Positions 42,801 through 53,778 are shown, counted from the stretch's first letter. The stretch is 64,000 bases of DNA from Bacilli bacterium (GCA_045597865.1 JAZLKX010000028.1:32001-96000), one strand, 5' to 3'. Translations and numbers: made by a program. The notes: a model not told the origin generated them from the letters alone.

Positions 42801-45164
42801 ATAAAATTGTGTTTTAGGGGTTCCATCAATTGTTATTGAAAGTAATGATTTTCCAGCGTCCTTTGAGTCGTCATAAACAACTTTAATTTCTTTAATACGT
42901 CTATGACCGCTTGTTGACCCAGATAATGTAAAGGTAACTGAATCTGCTCCATCTGCCTTAGTCCAATGACCAGTTTCAGGATCAACTGTACCCTTATCAA
43001 CATTGTAAACATTTGTTCCTCTATTATCACCACTACCATAGGTAAAGGAAATTTCTACTATCTTTTTACTACCAGCAATTGTGAATGAGTTTTCGTGATA
43101 AACTCTAATTCCGGTACCAGTATTGTAATAAGCAGCAGCTGTTTCTGGGCCAAAGAAAGTTACTGTATAATCTCCACTTGAAACTGAACTAATTGTTTGA
43201 CCGTTTTCGAATTCATAACTTGGGAAAGAGAAAGTTACAGTGTTTTCCTCGACTGGAACTGCTTCAATTTTTACATTATAACTTGTGTATTTACCATTAT
43301 AGTTAGCATACACAGTGCAATTGCCAACAGTGCTTGAGTCAAAACCAGAGAATTCGGTATATTCAGTTACATCTTCGTTACTTACATCAACACCGCCCTG
43401 CTTATAAAAAGCAGTTACTATAATTCCTTTGTTTGAATAGCTATCACCTTGATAGAAAGTTGTTTTATAATCGCCACTTAATACGATTCTATCTAAAACA
43501 ATTGGTTCTGGAACAGTAACGGTTGCACTTCCAAAAACAGAACTGGCAGTATCTTTTGTTATAGCTTTAATTGTTGCAGTACCTGGTCCAACAGCAGTTA
43601 CATAACCTGTGCTAGAAACTGTTGCAACATCAGTGTTACTTGAAGTCCAAGTGACACCTTTTGTTGTTGTGTCAGCAGGTAAAACTGTGGCTGTTAAACG
43701 TCTTGAAGAACCGCTCTCTAATTCAAATGAATTTGGCGAAATTGTTATGGAATTTGGGTGAATTACCGAGGATTTTACAGTGATATTTACGTCTGCGGTC
43801 TTTCCGCCATATGAAATTGTAACCTTGGTAATTGATGTTGAAAGTACACCGTTTGGTGACCATGTATAACCTGTAACAGGAACAGAGGTTCCGTCGTCAT
43901 AATTTGCCTTAACAACCATACCTGTTGGGTTAAAACTTTCTGTATCCAAATATGAAGTTTTATCAGGATTGGTTGTAACCGAAATACTTAGTAATTGTTT
44001 CTCGATTGAAGATCCATTGATTTTGTCATGTTCAGGATCAGCGATTCTTGAAGAATCGCCAAAAGCAATGTCTGCCCAGTCTGGGAAGTCAATAAATGGG
44101 TTTCTGTTATGTGTGAAGTTTGTATACAAAAGATTGTTTCTATGAATTTCGTATTCATCAGGTGGATCAATCTTGTTCCATTCGAGTAAGTCTGATAATA
44201 CACCCATACAATATGGGTCGCTTGGTCCAGAAGTGCCTGTTCTATTATCAATTGTGTCACTTAAAATAAGGTTTGGCTCATTGCCATCAATGTCTTTTGT
44301 AGCGCCAGCATAGTTATTGTATCTAGCGGCCATATAAAATATGGCTCTAGCAATATCGCCTTTATCACAGTCTTGTGGTTCAAAAACTGTGCCGCTTCCA
44401 AGAGTTAATGATTTGCCCTTATAGTTATGTCCAACAGTTTCTGGATATCTTGTGTTTGCATCGGTGATATCACCATCATTTAAATCGACGTATCCGAAAT
44501 AATAATTTGAGTGAACGTTATTTGCCCATCCGTTTCCGGCCCATAAATGCATTGGGTCACCACGAGCACCGCCAGATGTTCCAGTCGGAACACTATCAAA
44601 ACCATGTGATTTTGCCCAAATATGTTCTTGGTTAATACCAGTTCCGTTTTGTTCGTGATTTCCCCATGCTTTAACAGGATTATCAATGTCTCGATTTATG
44701 TATAAAGCATGAACATATGGGTTTTTAGTCTCATCAGATTTACCAGCTGCAAAGGTATAACCTTTGATTGTGTTTGTTGTCTTATCGTATGTACCATTTT
44801 TAACTGCTGATGCAGGAGATTTTTCCCAATCACGATCACTAATTTCATAAAGTCTCCATATAGATTCTTTACCGTTATCATAAGAAAAATATTTTTGACC
44901 TTCTGAAAGAATTGGTTTTAAGTTCTTTAAAAGATTTGTTCCCTTTTTATTTGCGGCAGTTAATCCATTCAAGTCAGAATAGTAGTTTCTAATATCTTCG
45001 GAAGATGTGTCATTTAAGTTAATGTCCATCTTGCTTAAGGATGTATAGTCATACGCTTCGACAGGAGAAGCTTTCGCTGTTTTATCAACAAAAATAACTC
45101 CCAACGCAAACGAAATTGGAAGTAATGCAATGATAGAATTTTTAATAAAATTGCTATTTTTCAT
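39897..45164 (-). CDS. Surface endonuclease-I-family nuclease with about 12 Big_3-like and 1 Big_2 Ig repeats, C-terminal TM anchor
   Basis: Signal peptide; NQEHIWAKSHG, DPMHL, KGDIARAIFYM, NRNPFID; repeated SG.YKT.Y..G..F...GL.V.A.Y..G units; TM plus KKKH tail. Confidence 0.9.
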   Translation of the reverse strand: MKNSNFIKNSIIALLPISFALGVIFVDKTAKASPVEAYDYTSLSKMDINLNDTSSEDIRNYYSDLNGLTAANKKGTNLLKNLKPILSEGQKYFSYDNGKESIWRLYEISDRDWEKSPASAVKNGTYDKTTNTIKGYTFAAGKSDETKNPYVHALYINRDIDNPVKAWGNHEQNGTGINQEHIWAKSHGFDSVPTGTSGGARGDPMHLWAGNGWANNVHSNYYFGYVDLNDGDITDANTRYPETVGHNYKGKSLTLGSGTVFEPQDCDKGDIARAIFYMAARYNNYAGATKDIDGNEPNLILSDTIDNRTGTSGPSDPYCMGVLSDLLEWNKIDPPDEYEIHRNNLLYTNFTHNRNPFIDFPDWADIAFGDSSRIADPEHDKINGSSIEKQLLSISVTTNPDKTSYLDTESFNPTGMVVKANYDDGTSVPVTGYTWSPNGVLSTSITKVTISYGGKTADVNITVKSSVIHPNSITISPNSFELESGSSRRLTATVLPADTTTKGVTWTSSNTDVATVSSTGYVTAVGPGTATIKAITKDTASSVFGSATVTVPEPIVLDRIVLSGDYKTTFYQGDSYSNKGIIVTAFYKQGGVDVSNEDVTEYTEFSGFDSSTVGNCTVYANYNGKYTSYNVKIEAVPVEENTVTFSFPSYEFENGQTISSVSSGDYTVTFFGPETAAAYYNTGTGIRVYHENSFTIAGSKKIVEISFTYGSGDNRGTNVYNVDKGTVDPETGHWTKADGADSVTFTLSGSTSGHRRIKEIKVVYDDSKDAGKSLLSITIDGTPKTQFYKGDAFDNTGLVVNAHYSDFSTVDVTSSVVITGFDSSTTGYKKLVVSYTEGGVTKSSGYQVKVNNISVISIDLSGDYKIEFIQGETFTSEGLVITAHNNNGTTFDVSDKCSISNPDMSTVGTKTITVTYKENVDASYTISVIKDPAQAVNVSKTIQSIASENSWANSSKYTSFDLDNVVTVSVSGGSNSGKYYSSGYEWRIYQSESPVLTVSVDEGYKLNEVIIVYTPANNGSLLFKNVPLVSGGSITTSCDSLFYNVGNSSGGTSGQVKIISIEVTYSGGTPSARVLEDVAISGSYQTSYFVGDQLNTSGLVTTAQFSNGLYSQVEPEFSGYDLSVAGNQTVTVSYTENNVTESDSYSITVSNIIPTEIVLSGNYKTTFIENQDFTYDGLVVVCNYNNGDSNQITNYSVTGYNKTKLGDQTITVTYVEKGTTLTETYTVTVVAATPLSLDIESEPSKTSYFVGDEFSGAGIVAKCTLDNGCIIDVSDDVIFTGYDMDEIGEQTVTVSYTEGSKTVTDTYSITVNAILLDHIVITSEPNKTTYFVGEDLLTAGLKVEAYYNNGSHKETYPTNIIGYDKNLVGKQTITVYVNELGIEKTATFDVTVIAVEAESIELSGTYKTSYIVGDTFTSEGLIVTAKYNNKTEGKVSPTEITGYDMQEAGEQTVTVYYGELYATYKINVEEIPVVLTHISLSGDYQEEFELGEEFNSDGLIVTAHYDDGSSKIVEPTSISGYDMLEPGDQEILVEYEENGKTVENTYEITVISPVTLSSIKLSGKYPKEFYTGDEFTYDGLKVTAIYSDGTTREIDTFDVSGFSSTEVGYQTITVSYEEDGVSVSATYTIKLIQLQLSYIEVSGDYKAEYDVGDTFSMEGLVVTAFYNNSSSKVVQPTSVSGFNGTKAGNDIITVSYKENGVEKTVHYIVKINEKQTPEPPKENPNIAVIAGAAGGGAVAVGAIITIICVALKKKH

Positions 45165-45265
45165 TAGGCACTTATAATAGCATTCTTAATTGAGTTTTCA
45201 ACAAAATTACAAATTTTGCCAATCTATTGTAGAGATTTTTTTAAACATAATTTAAAATAGAAAGC

Positions 45266-46198
45266 ATGAAAACAAAAGAACTCATTTTAAAGTTTGAAGA
45301 GAAAGAAAATACATACAATTTTGTTGATAAAATTAACAAAATTGATGACCCAAAATTAGTCAAAATTTTAGGAAGAGAAAATATCAAAAATTCAAACTCA
45401 ACATTGATTATAAAATCAATGAATTTACCAATTTTTGACGTTATTCAATTCAAAATTAACGTCGCTGAAGTTGGATCATTTTTATTCAATTTTGAAAAGA
45501 GCAAAATGGATGATAAAACTCGTGAAGAAATCCTCTCAAAAATATCAAAATTACACGATGATGTTGAACCAACAAAAGAACTTCAAATCAATAAAGTAAA
45601 AAACTTGATAAAAATTGTTTCAGAATACGAAGAAATCTACTGTAGTTATCTTCCAAATGGTAAATTCAAATTTACTTTTGAAGAACTTTCTGAAACCTTA
45701 AAAAATGTTAATTTTGATTTTCCAATTCTCGCTCTTGAAAATAAAGAAAAAGATGTATTTGATGTAGAAGGAAGCAAACTTGGATTTAGAAAATTTACAA
45801 TCGACTATCTATTTACTTCAATTTTCTCTATCTTAATGTCTTTTGGCATTATGACTGGAATTTATCAAATCTATAACAAACAATCTATTGCTGCTTTCTT
45901 GCTTGTCTTAGCTTTTGTATTCTTTGGTGTGCTCTGTTATGCAATTTACAGTGTTGTCTATAAGCAACATAAAGAAGTTAACAAGGGCTTGAAGTATTTC
46001 TTACTAATTTACACAACAATTGGAATTGCACTTGGAATTGTCCTTTCCTTTGTTGTTTGTAAGTTCGCACTAACTGCAGAAGTTGAAGGTTTAAGCCTTA
46101 CCAAAATAGGCCTTATTTCAGGCGGCGTTTCTTTAGCAATTTCTATTGGTGCAATTTTCGTTCCAAAACTAATCAATTTAGTTGTTAAGAAAATCTAA
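45266..46198 (+). CDS. Hypothetical membrane protein (soluble N-half, 4 C-terminal TMs)
   Basis: 310-aa ORF filling the gap between nuclease genes, own -10 and terminator. Confidence 0.75.
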   Translation: MKTKELILKFEEKENTYNFVDKINKIDDPKLVKILGRENIKNSNSTLIIKSMNLPIFDVIQFKINVAEVGSFLFNFEKSKMDDKTREEILSKISKLHDDVEPTKELQINKVKNLIKIVSEYEEIYCSYLPNGKFKFTFEELSETLKNVNFDFPILALENKEKDVFDVEGSKLGFRKFTIDYLFTSIFSILMSFGIMTGIYQIYNKQSIAAFLLVLAFVFFGVLCYAIYSVVYKQHKEVNKGLKYFLLIYTTIGIALGIVLSFVVCKFALTAEVEGLSLTKIGLISGGVSLAISIGAIFVPKLINLVVKKI

Positions 46199-46217
46199 AA
46201 TATCAAGGAAAACATAT

Positions 46218-46246
46218 GAAAATCCCGCGGAATTCGCGGGATTTTT
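46218..46246. terminator. Bidirectional terminator
   Basis: AAAATCCCGCG-GAATT-CGCGGGATTTT between convergent genes. Confidence 0.85.
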
Positions 46247-46261
46247 AATGTTTTAAGTTAA

Positions 46262-49200
46262 TTAATTTTCTTTACGTTTTTTGTAGATTACGAACACACC
46301 AATTGCAGCAACTCCAACTATACAAATAACGACAATTGCAATGGTTGAATTATCTAGCACGCTACGCATAAATCTATTCGCTAATGAAACGTTGGTTGGA
46401 GCATTACCGCTTCCATCAACAACGAAGTCCTCAAGTTGAGCATCTTCACCATAAGTATCAACAATATAGCGATAATGTCTCATACATTCACTAACTAAGA
46501 AACTTGGAGTTGTAGAACAGAAAGCGTTCTTACCATCTGATTCCATAGCTAAATATTCAGTTTTAACATCACTCCAAAGAGCTTTTAAACCATTCAACTT
46601 TGTTGTCAGATTAGATGATAAGCATGGACCATTTGAGCCTCTTGTAACATCGATAAAGTAGTTTGCCCAAGCTTCAGCTTGTTCTTGACCGCTATAGGAA
46701 TTAACTATTGATGTTTCTGTTTTTACTTCAAAGGCTCTAATATAAATTGCAACATCTGATGTTTGTGCCCACTCTGCAGTAACGTTACCAGTAGCATCGC
46801 CTTCGAAAACGTATTCTGTTGATGTTGTTGTGAGTGTGGCTGTATCAATAACATCACCGGCTTCAGCAACAGCTGCACCACTAGGGTTACTAATGTATGA
46901 GAAATATGTTGAGCCAACTCTAACTTTTAAGGTTCCGCCTTTAAAGCCTGTTGCGCCACTTGTTGTAACAGCAACACGTGTTACTCTCATTTGGTTATTT
47001 TTAGTAAGAGACATTGTTGCTGGACCATCACCTGATTTTCCAATAGCTTGGCCTCTACCTTCGTATGTTGAACCAAATGTTGAAGTGTCAGCAGTTAAAG
47101 AGAAAATTTCTCCATTAATTGAAACGTTACCGTTTCCATAGAATGTTTTGGAATTAATTTCTGTTTTTGATGTAGATCCTTCAATTTCTTCAGTATGAGA
47201 AGAAGACCCTGTATTTGTAACTCTAAAATCTGCTTCGCAGGTTTTTGTAACACCATCAAATTTATAAGTAGCTTTAACGTGTTGTGTACCTAATCTTGTC
47301 GTGTCAACATATACAGAAGGCGATATTTGATTTGTTACATCTAGTGATGCACCGCTTTGATAATGTGCAGTAACACTAAGATCAAAAATTCCGTCGCCTG
47401 ACATGTAAGAGACTGTATTATTTGTTGGTAAATTTGTAAATTCAATACTTGTCAAAATATCATTAACTGTAAATGTTTTTGCATTTGAAACAACATTGCT
47501 TCCATCTTTTGCTTTAGCAGTAATATTTGCGGAACCAGGTCCAACTGCCGTAACTAAACCATTTGAATCTACTGTTAAAACGTCAGTGTTTGATGAAATC
47601 CAATCAACTGTTTTGTTTGATGCATTGCTAGGCGAAATTGTTGAAACATTGACCTGTACGGTGTCACCAACCTTTAACGATGATTTTGCACAAGTAATTG
47701 TTATCGAAGTAACAAGAACTGGAGTAACTGTAACGGTACAAGTAGCGTACTTAGTACTATCAGCGGCTGAAGTAACTTTAACTGTTGCAGTACCAATAGC
47801 ATTTGCTGTGACTCTACCACTTGTGTTTACAGAAACACATCCACTAGGATCAGCATTTTCAACAGTCCAAGTAACATTCTTATTTGAAGCATCAGATGGA
47901 TTTACTGTAACAGATAAAGTTGAATCGCTGCTACCACAAGGAATACTTAATGTATTCTTATTTAATGAAACGCTTGTAACAGCAATTGGATTTACTGTTA
48001 CAGTACAAGTGTCTGTTTTACTGCCATCAACAGTTGTAACTGTGATTGTTGCAGAGCCTGGTGCAACTGCAGTAATTGTCCCGTTCGAAACTGTTGCAAC
48101 ACTAGGGTTGCTTGTAGACCACGTAACAGTTTTATTATCAGCGTTTGAAGGGGAAACTGTTGCTGTCAAAGTATCTGTTCCTCCAGGTAATAATGTTGTT
48201 GAGTTCTTATTCAAAGAAACACCCGTTACTCTTGTAATTGAATCACTAAATGCAAGATCTGCCCATTCAGGGTGATCAATATATGGGTTTCTATTGCCTT
48301 GGATTGAGGCAGCATAATTATTTCTAACCATTTCTGCGCTATCAACAGGATCAGCATGATGCCATTCTAATAATAGTTCTTTTGCAAGAGCCTCACTATT
48401 TGCATTCATAATATAGTGCAATTGTAAATTACCACAATAGCTTGATTTGCCAGATGGAGTTGAACCGCCAGCACCTGTAGCATAGTGAGTATACAAATAC
48501 ATAATAATACGAGCAACGTTACCTTTTACAGAATCTAAAGGTTCAAAAACATCACCAGATTTCCAACCACCTAAATACAAAGTATTATCATTCTTGTCTT
48601 TTGAATATTTTTCAGTAGAACTTGTGTGTTGGCTAACAATACCATATGGGCTGTTATTTCTTGCAGAATTTAATGTAGATTCAACTGGTCTTAAATGATG
48701 TAAATCAGAGCCAGCTTGGCTTGTTCCATATAATTGATTACCTTGTGGATCTTTTGAAAGAGATTGACACCAAACGTGTTCACGATTCCACGTACCAATC
48801 GCACCTTCCCCCCAAGTTTTAGCTATATCCCTTTGAGTATAAAAGTCGATAATGTAGTTAGAACTTGAACCAGGTTCCATGCCATAATAGTATGTTGGAT
48901 TTTTACAAGCATCGTAGTTTGTATAGGTGCTATGAGTATTAAACATCAAAGTATGCAAATCTCCAGACATATCACCAGATGTCGAATTGTAAATAGGTTG
49001 ATAATATGAAGAAGTTGAAGCAGATTCAACAATAATAGAACTCTCAGCAGTTGCTTGTGGGTTATAGAGAAATTGCGTGAACTTTAGTTACTCCCTCTGA
49101 AATACCCATAATAGTTCCAGTAGAATCCACATCAGCAATGTCGCCATCATCAGAATACAAAAACACGTCATTTTTGGAAGCTGTTGAAGGATTTGTTTCA

Positions 49201-50483
49201 ACATTCAAAGTTGTTTCTTCTTCAATCTTAATTCCTTTCCCGCTTTCCATTGATATTCCGGTTACTGGAACAATATCGCTTGTACCACCTAAAAGAGCTG
49301 AAATATCAAGTCTTCCATAACCAAAATTACTAGAATTTCCTAAATCAACACAAGAACCTACTAATTCACTTAAAAATTGAGAATAACTTTTATTTGGATA
49401 TTTTTCTTTCCATAAAGCTGCAGCTGCTGAAGCAATTGGTGAGGAAAATGAGGTTCCTTGTGTTTCTTTATAAGTACCTCCATCGTCTGGAACATAAACA
49501 TTACCAACAACAGTGATATCTGTATTATTTGTAAAATTTGTATTGAATGAACTATTAAAATTTGAATAAGTGGCAATTTCAGTTGTGCTAAATTTTGAGA
49601 GAGCTCCAACACCAATAATGTATGGATCTGATGCAGGATAATATTTATCCGAAGTAGTATGATTTCCTGCAGAAGCAAAGATAATTGTGCCGTCTTCTGT
49701 ACATGCTCTAGCATATTGTGCAATCGTATCCCAGGTTGAAGTGGCTTCAATAGAAATATTAACAACATCTACTTTAGTAGCTGGATCTGTATTTAAATCG
49801 GTGTGAATATATTTCAAGATTTCACCAATAGTGTCTGTATAGAAATCGCACTTGAATGGAATTAATGTTGCTCTTGGAGCAATTCCAATTGTTCCTGTTC
49901 CGGACTTAACATGTCCGTGAGCGGCTAATGTACCGGCAACGTTAGTACCGTGTGATGTAGCGCCTCTATGCTCAATTATTTGATGCGCAGGAATATATTC
50001 GCCATTGAGACTGAAGTTACCATTTACAGATGTACTAAATCTCATTATTTTTCCAGAGGAATTGCCTGATTCGATAAAATGGTTATCCGAGGCGGATGGA
50101 TTTGAAATATGAGTAAAATACGCAGCAGTATTGAAATCTATTATTGACTGTCCATACTCATCAAAGAAATCTGGATGGTCAATATCGATACCACTATCAA
50201 TATAAGCGATTCTAACGCCTTCACCTTGATATTTGTCCCAAACATTATAAATGTTTCCAACATAATCATGATATGTTTTATTACTATTTTCAGATTTATA
50301 CGAAATAAATTCGGAATCAATCGGAGTATAACTTGGATTGCCTTTTTTAGCCAACCCATTTCCTTCACTCATTGCGACACCAGGTTGAGCAATTTCATCT
50401 TTGTTAATAGGTGAAAAAGAAATAGCACCAGCAACTAATGCTAATGTTGTCCCAAGTAATAAACCAAATTTATTCTTATGCAT
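46262..50483 (-). pseudogene. Frameshifted S8 subtilase / Big_2 / endonuclease I / Ig-repeat surface fusion protein (about 1407 aa if repaired)
   Basis: ORF 49062-50483 has a signal peptide and intact D/H/S triad (IDSG, SHGT, GTSFS) and stops mid-Big_2. The frame of ORF 46262-48970 is open back to that point, completes the domain (LYNPQATAESSIIV), then has NREHVW, DLHHL, GNRNPYID and a TM anchor. Confidence 0.8.
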
Positions 50484-53400
50484 TTCTTCTTCTCTTTGAT
50501 ACTTTAACAGCAATTATTATAATAATTACAACTAAAAATACGATTCCAACAATAATACCAACAATAAATAAAGGTTTTGTTTCTGATTCTGGAGTTGGTG
50601 TTGGTTCTGGTGTTGGATCTGGAGCTTTTGGATTACGTCCAATAAAGTCAGTGAATCCTTCATCTTTATGTAATAAATAAATCTCATCGTAATTTGAGAT
50701 ACATTCTTTTAATTTTTCTGATAATCCATCTTCTGCACTAACAGCGCCATTACCATAATTGGTAACAATGTTCTTGAGAGCATTCTTTGCATCATTGCTT
50801 AAGGAGTTGTAATTATATTCAAGAACATTCCACATACTTAAAGTAACGTTTTCTTTTTCAACGTTTTCTAATTCGTTTTTGAAGATATATGTATAATCTG
50901 CTGCTTTATGTTCAACAGTAATTGTGCCTGTTTCAATAGTAACTTGGAATTGGGCAACAAGTTCACCAAAAATTACTTTAACAATGTTGTTCTTTTTAAA
51001 GTCGAAATCAAAGGTAACCATTTGAGTTACATCTTTAACTTTACTTCCAATTTTTGCTTCAACTTGTAAGCCAAGTGGATTGAACTCTTCAGATGCAAAA
51101 TAATTGAGTTTTAGTGGGAATTTTGCAATTTTTAACTCAGAAACCTCATCTTTTATAACTTCAATCTTGAATGAAATATTTGTGAAAGTTCCGAATGTAA
51201 TGTTGATTGTTTTTGTACCTGCAATTGACATGCTTGCAGGTGCACTAAATTCACATTCGCTGGTAACGTCTGCAACAGTACCGTCGAGATAGTGAGCTTC
51301 AACAACTAAACCCGTTGAATCAAATTCTTCACCAACGTTATAGATCGTCTTATCTGGATATTTTGCAACAACAACTTCAACAATGTCGTTTACAGGAGCT
51401 TTTCTAACAACACTAATAGTGCAACTATCTGAAACTTTTCCATCAACAGTAGAAACTGTGATGGTTGAGTCATCATAGTCAATAGCATTTATTAAACCAG
51501 TGTCTGAAACTGTAATAGTTCTTGAATCTGAAGATGACCAAACTAAAGTTTTGTCAGTTGCATTGCTTGGTAAAATCTCAACCTCTAATTGTAATTCATC
51601 GTTAAGATACATAGTAGATGGAGCATTTTTAATTTCAATGCTTTCTACTGGTATTGGATCAATTGGAGTTTCACTAACAACCAATTCTACTTGTTCAATT
51701 ACGTCAGAGCCATCTAAAGCATGAACTTGAATCATTGTTGATCCAACACCAACACAAGAAACTAAACCAGTTGAGCTAACAGTTGCAACATCTTCGTCTT
51801 CGACGATAAACTCAACATTCTTGTTTGTTGCATTACTTGGATAAACAGTCCAATCAAGTTGAACTTCATCACCTACATAGTGAGTTCCGTAAATTTGATC
51901 AACTTGAATTGATTCAACTTCAATATCTGGTTCTTTTACAACGGAAAGAGAAATGGTTTTCTTTACAGAAGAATTGTCAACTGAAGTAACAGTAAGTGTT
52001 GTGTTACCAATCTTCTTACAAGTAACTAAACCAGAAGATGAAACTGTTGCTACAGATGTATCACTAGAATTAAATGTAACACTCTTGTTTGTTGCATTAC
52101 TTGGTGAAACTGTATATGAAATTTGGAAAGTATCACTAATATGGTGATCGTTTGATGGAATACTTGCATCAATAGAACTTACATGGATAACATCGCCTTT
52201 TGTAACGTTTCTATCAAGTGTAACTTCATCGCTTCCTTTAAACTTAAAGTAATCGGTTGAATTTTCAATATATCCATATCCATGGAAGATAATTGTGTCG
52301 CCTGTTTCAAGAACATCATATTGATCTTTTGTCATGTTAAGTGAGTTAACAGTTACAACAGAACTTGTCGATTCAAGGTCTTTTACATACATCTTGTGTC
52401 TGAATGTTGAATCTTCACTTGTTAAGAATGAACCCGCAACACCTTTACAATAAATTTGTTGTTTTGTATATGAGCCACTGGTTGTGCATTCATTTTCAAT
52501 AATCTTTTTAGCAGCAGAAACACTTATTGGGTTTTCAAGTGTTCCGTAGTTAACTGTAGCTTCTGTTACAGTAATGCCACTTACAGTGGCGGTTTGAGTT
52601 ACTGAACCGAAGGTATAAGAAAGAGTTACAGAAGTTGTTCCTTTTGTTAATGGATCTGGGCTAACAGTAACTTTACTAGTAACATTTTCAGTTGAATTAT
52701 CATCAAATGTAGCAGTAACGGTTAAACCTGCTGTGTCGAAATGTTCTCCAGCAACATAAGATTTCTTTGTTGGAGTACCAGAAACTGCAATCTTAGTTAG
52801 AGTTTTTGTTGGTGTTGGTTCATCACCATCAGTCCAACCATTGTATTGATCACAATATTTTTTGGTGTCTGAGTTAGCGTTGCCCCAAATTTTACAAGCA
52901 TAGCTTCTATGATCAATAAATGGATTTCTATTTCCTTGAAGGTATTCAGCACCTTCATTTCTATTTTGTTCTCTTTCCAATACAGGATTTTCAAGATGCC
53001 ATTTAATTAGGTGACTAAGTCTTCCCATTAAATTGTCTCTATTTGAATTTGATGTTGAATGTGAATCAGCTTCAAGCAAAGAAAGTTTGCTGTTAGCAAC
53101 TACACAGTAGAAAATAATACGAGCTGAGTCGCCTCGATATGACTCGAGTCCAAAGTCTTCCATTGCTGGATCCCATCCATTGGATGAATGGCATTTTCCC
53201 TCAACATAGAAAGAGTTTCCGCGGCTACCATTTTCAGCATTTAAAGTTGGTCTAGGCATGTGAATATCATCTTCAACACTGTTGCCACCATGACTGTTTG
53301 GCCAAACGTGTTCTCTGTTCATGCCTGATGTAGCAGAATTTCCTGAGTAAAAAGTGATTAATTTAGTGCCATATGGTTGCCCATTTGAATCATATTGAAC

Positions 53401-53694
53401 AGAATTTGGATCATAATCAGTGTATTTAAATTGGCCAGAAGGGCTTGTACCCATTCCGCTATAACCTACGGTTGTTTTTCTTTTGCTTGAGTTTAGTGAT
53501 TGAAGAGCAGAAAGTAGATCGTTACCTGTTAAATCATCTGAAATACCACTATAGTAAGTATCAGCATCATGATTTGTGTAAGTTGCAAATGTTGGTACAA
53601 CTTCATTTGAAGCTGTTTTAGCAGCTAAGCCAAGACCGCAAATTGATGTTGCGGCAAAGGCTAACAATATAAACGGTAATCTAATCTTCTTCAT
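50476..53694 (-). CDS. Surface endonuclease-I-family nuclease with Big_3/Big_2 repeats and C-terminal TM anchor
   Basis: Signal peptide; NREHVWPNSHG, RGDSARIIFY, QGNRNPFID; V.PSNATNK.V repeats; PT-rich linker, TM, KRRR. Confidence 0.9.
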   Translation of the reverse strand: MKKIRLPFILLAFAATSICGLGLAAKTASNEVVPTFATYTNHDADTYYSGISDDLTGNDLLSALQSLNSSKRKTTVGYSGMGTSPSGQFKYTDYDPNSVQYDSNGQPYGTKLITFYSGNSATSGMNREHVWPNSHGGNSVEDDIHMPRPTLNAENGSRGNSFYVEGKCHSSNGWDPAMEDFGLESYRGDSARIIFYCVVANSKLSLLEADSHSTSNSNRDNLMGRLSHLIKWHLENPVLEREQNRNEGAEYLQGNRNPFIDHRSYACKIWGNANSDTKKYCDQYNGWTDGDEPTPTKTLTKIAVSGTPTKKSYVAGEHFDTAGLTVTATFDDNSTENVTSKVTVSPDPLTKGTTSVTLSYTFGSVTQTATVSGITVTEATVNYGTLENPISVSAAKKIIENECTTSGSYTKQQIYCKGVAGSFLTSEDSTFRHKMYVKDLESTSSVVTVNSLNMTKDQYDVLETGDTIIFHGYGYIENSTDYFKFKGSDEVTLDRNVTKGDVIHVSSIDASIPSNDHHISDTFQISYTVSPSNATNKSVTFNSSDTSVATVSSSGLVTCKKIGNTTLTVTSVDNSSVKKTISLSVVKEPDIEVESIQVDQIYGTHYVGDEVQLDWTVYPSNATNKNVEFIVEDEDVATVSSTGLVSCVGVGSTMIQVHALDGSDVIEQVELVVSETPIDPIPVESIEIKNAPSTMYLNDELQLEVEILPSNATDKTLVWSSSDSRTITVSDTGLINAIDYDDSTITVSTVDGKVSDSCTISVVRKAPVNDIVEVVVAKYPDKTIYNVGEEFDSTGLVVEAHYLDGTVADVTSECEFSAPASMSIAGTKTINITFGTFTNISFKIEVIKDEVSELKIAKFPLKLNYFASEEFNPLGLQVEAKIGSKVKDVTQMVTFDFDFKKNNIVKVIFGELVAQFQVTIETGTITVEHKAADYTYIFKNELENVEKENVTLSMWNVLEYNYNSLSNDAKNALKNIVTNYGNGAVSAEDGLSEKLKECISNYDEIYLLHKDEGFTDFIGRNPKAPDPTPEPTPTPESETKPLFIVGIIVGIVFLVVIIIIIAVKVSKRRRNA

Positions 53695-53742
53695 ATCTTC
53701 ATCTCACCTTTATTAGGTGATATTACCATATACCCAAAATAT

Positions 53743-53778
53743 AAAAAAAGCAAGTATTTTAATAATACTTACTCTTTT
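53743..53778 (-). terminator. Probable terminator after folA
   Basis: AAGTATT/AATACTT stem with flanking U-tract. Confidence 0.55.

Noticed and set aside
47496-48275. 259-aa plus-strand ORF
   Set aside because: Antisense shadow of Thr/Val-rich Big_2 repeats, with no RBS or recognisable motif
49055-49100. prfB-type programmed +1 frameshift
   Set aside because: No CTT-TGA slippery site or correctly spaced internal SD; a 2-nt deletion explains the alignment better
40000-52200. CRISPR array or DNA-level tandem repeats
   Set aside because: Recurring short words (e.g. GTTTGTTGCATTACTTGG) are coding Ig-domain repeats without repeat-spacer periodicity
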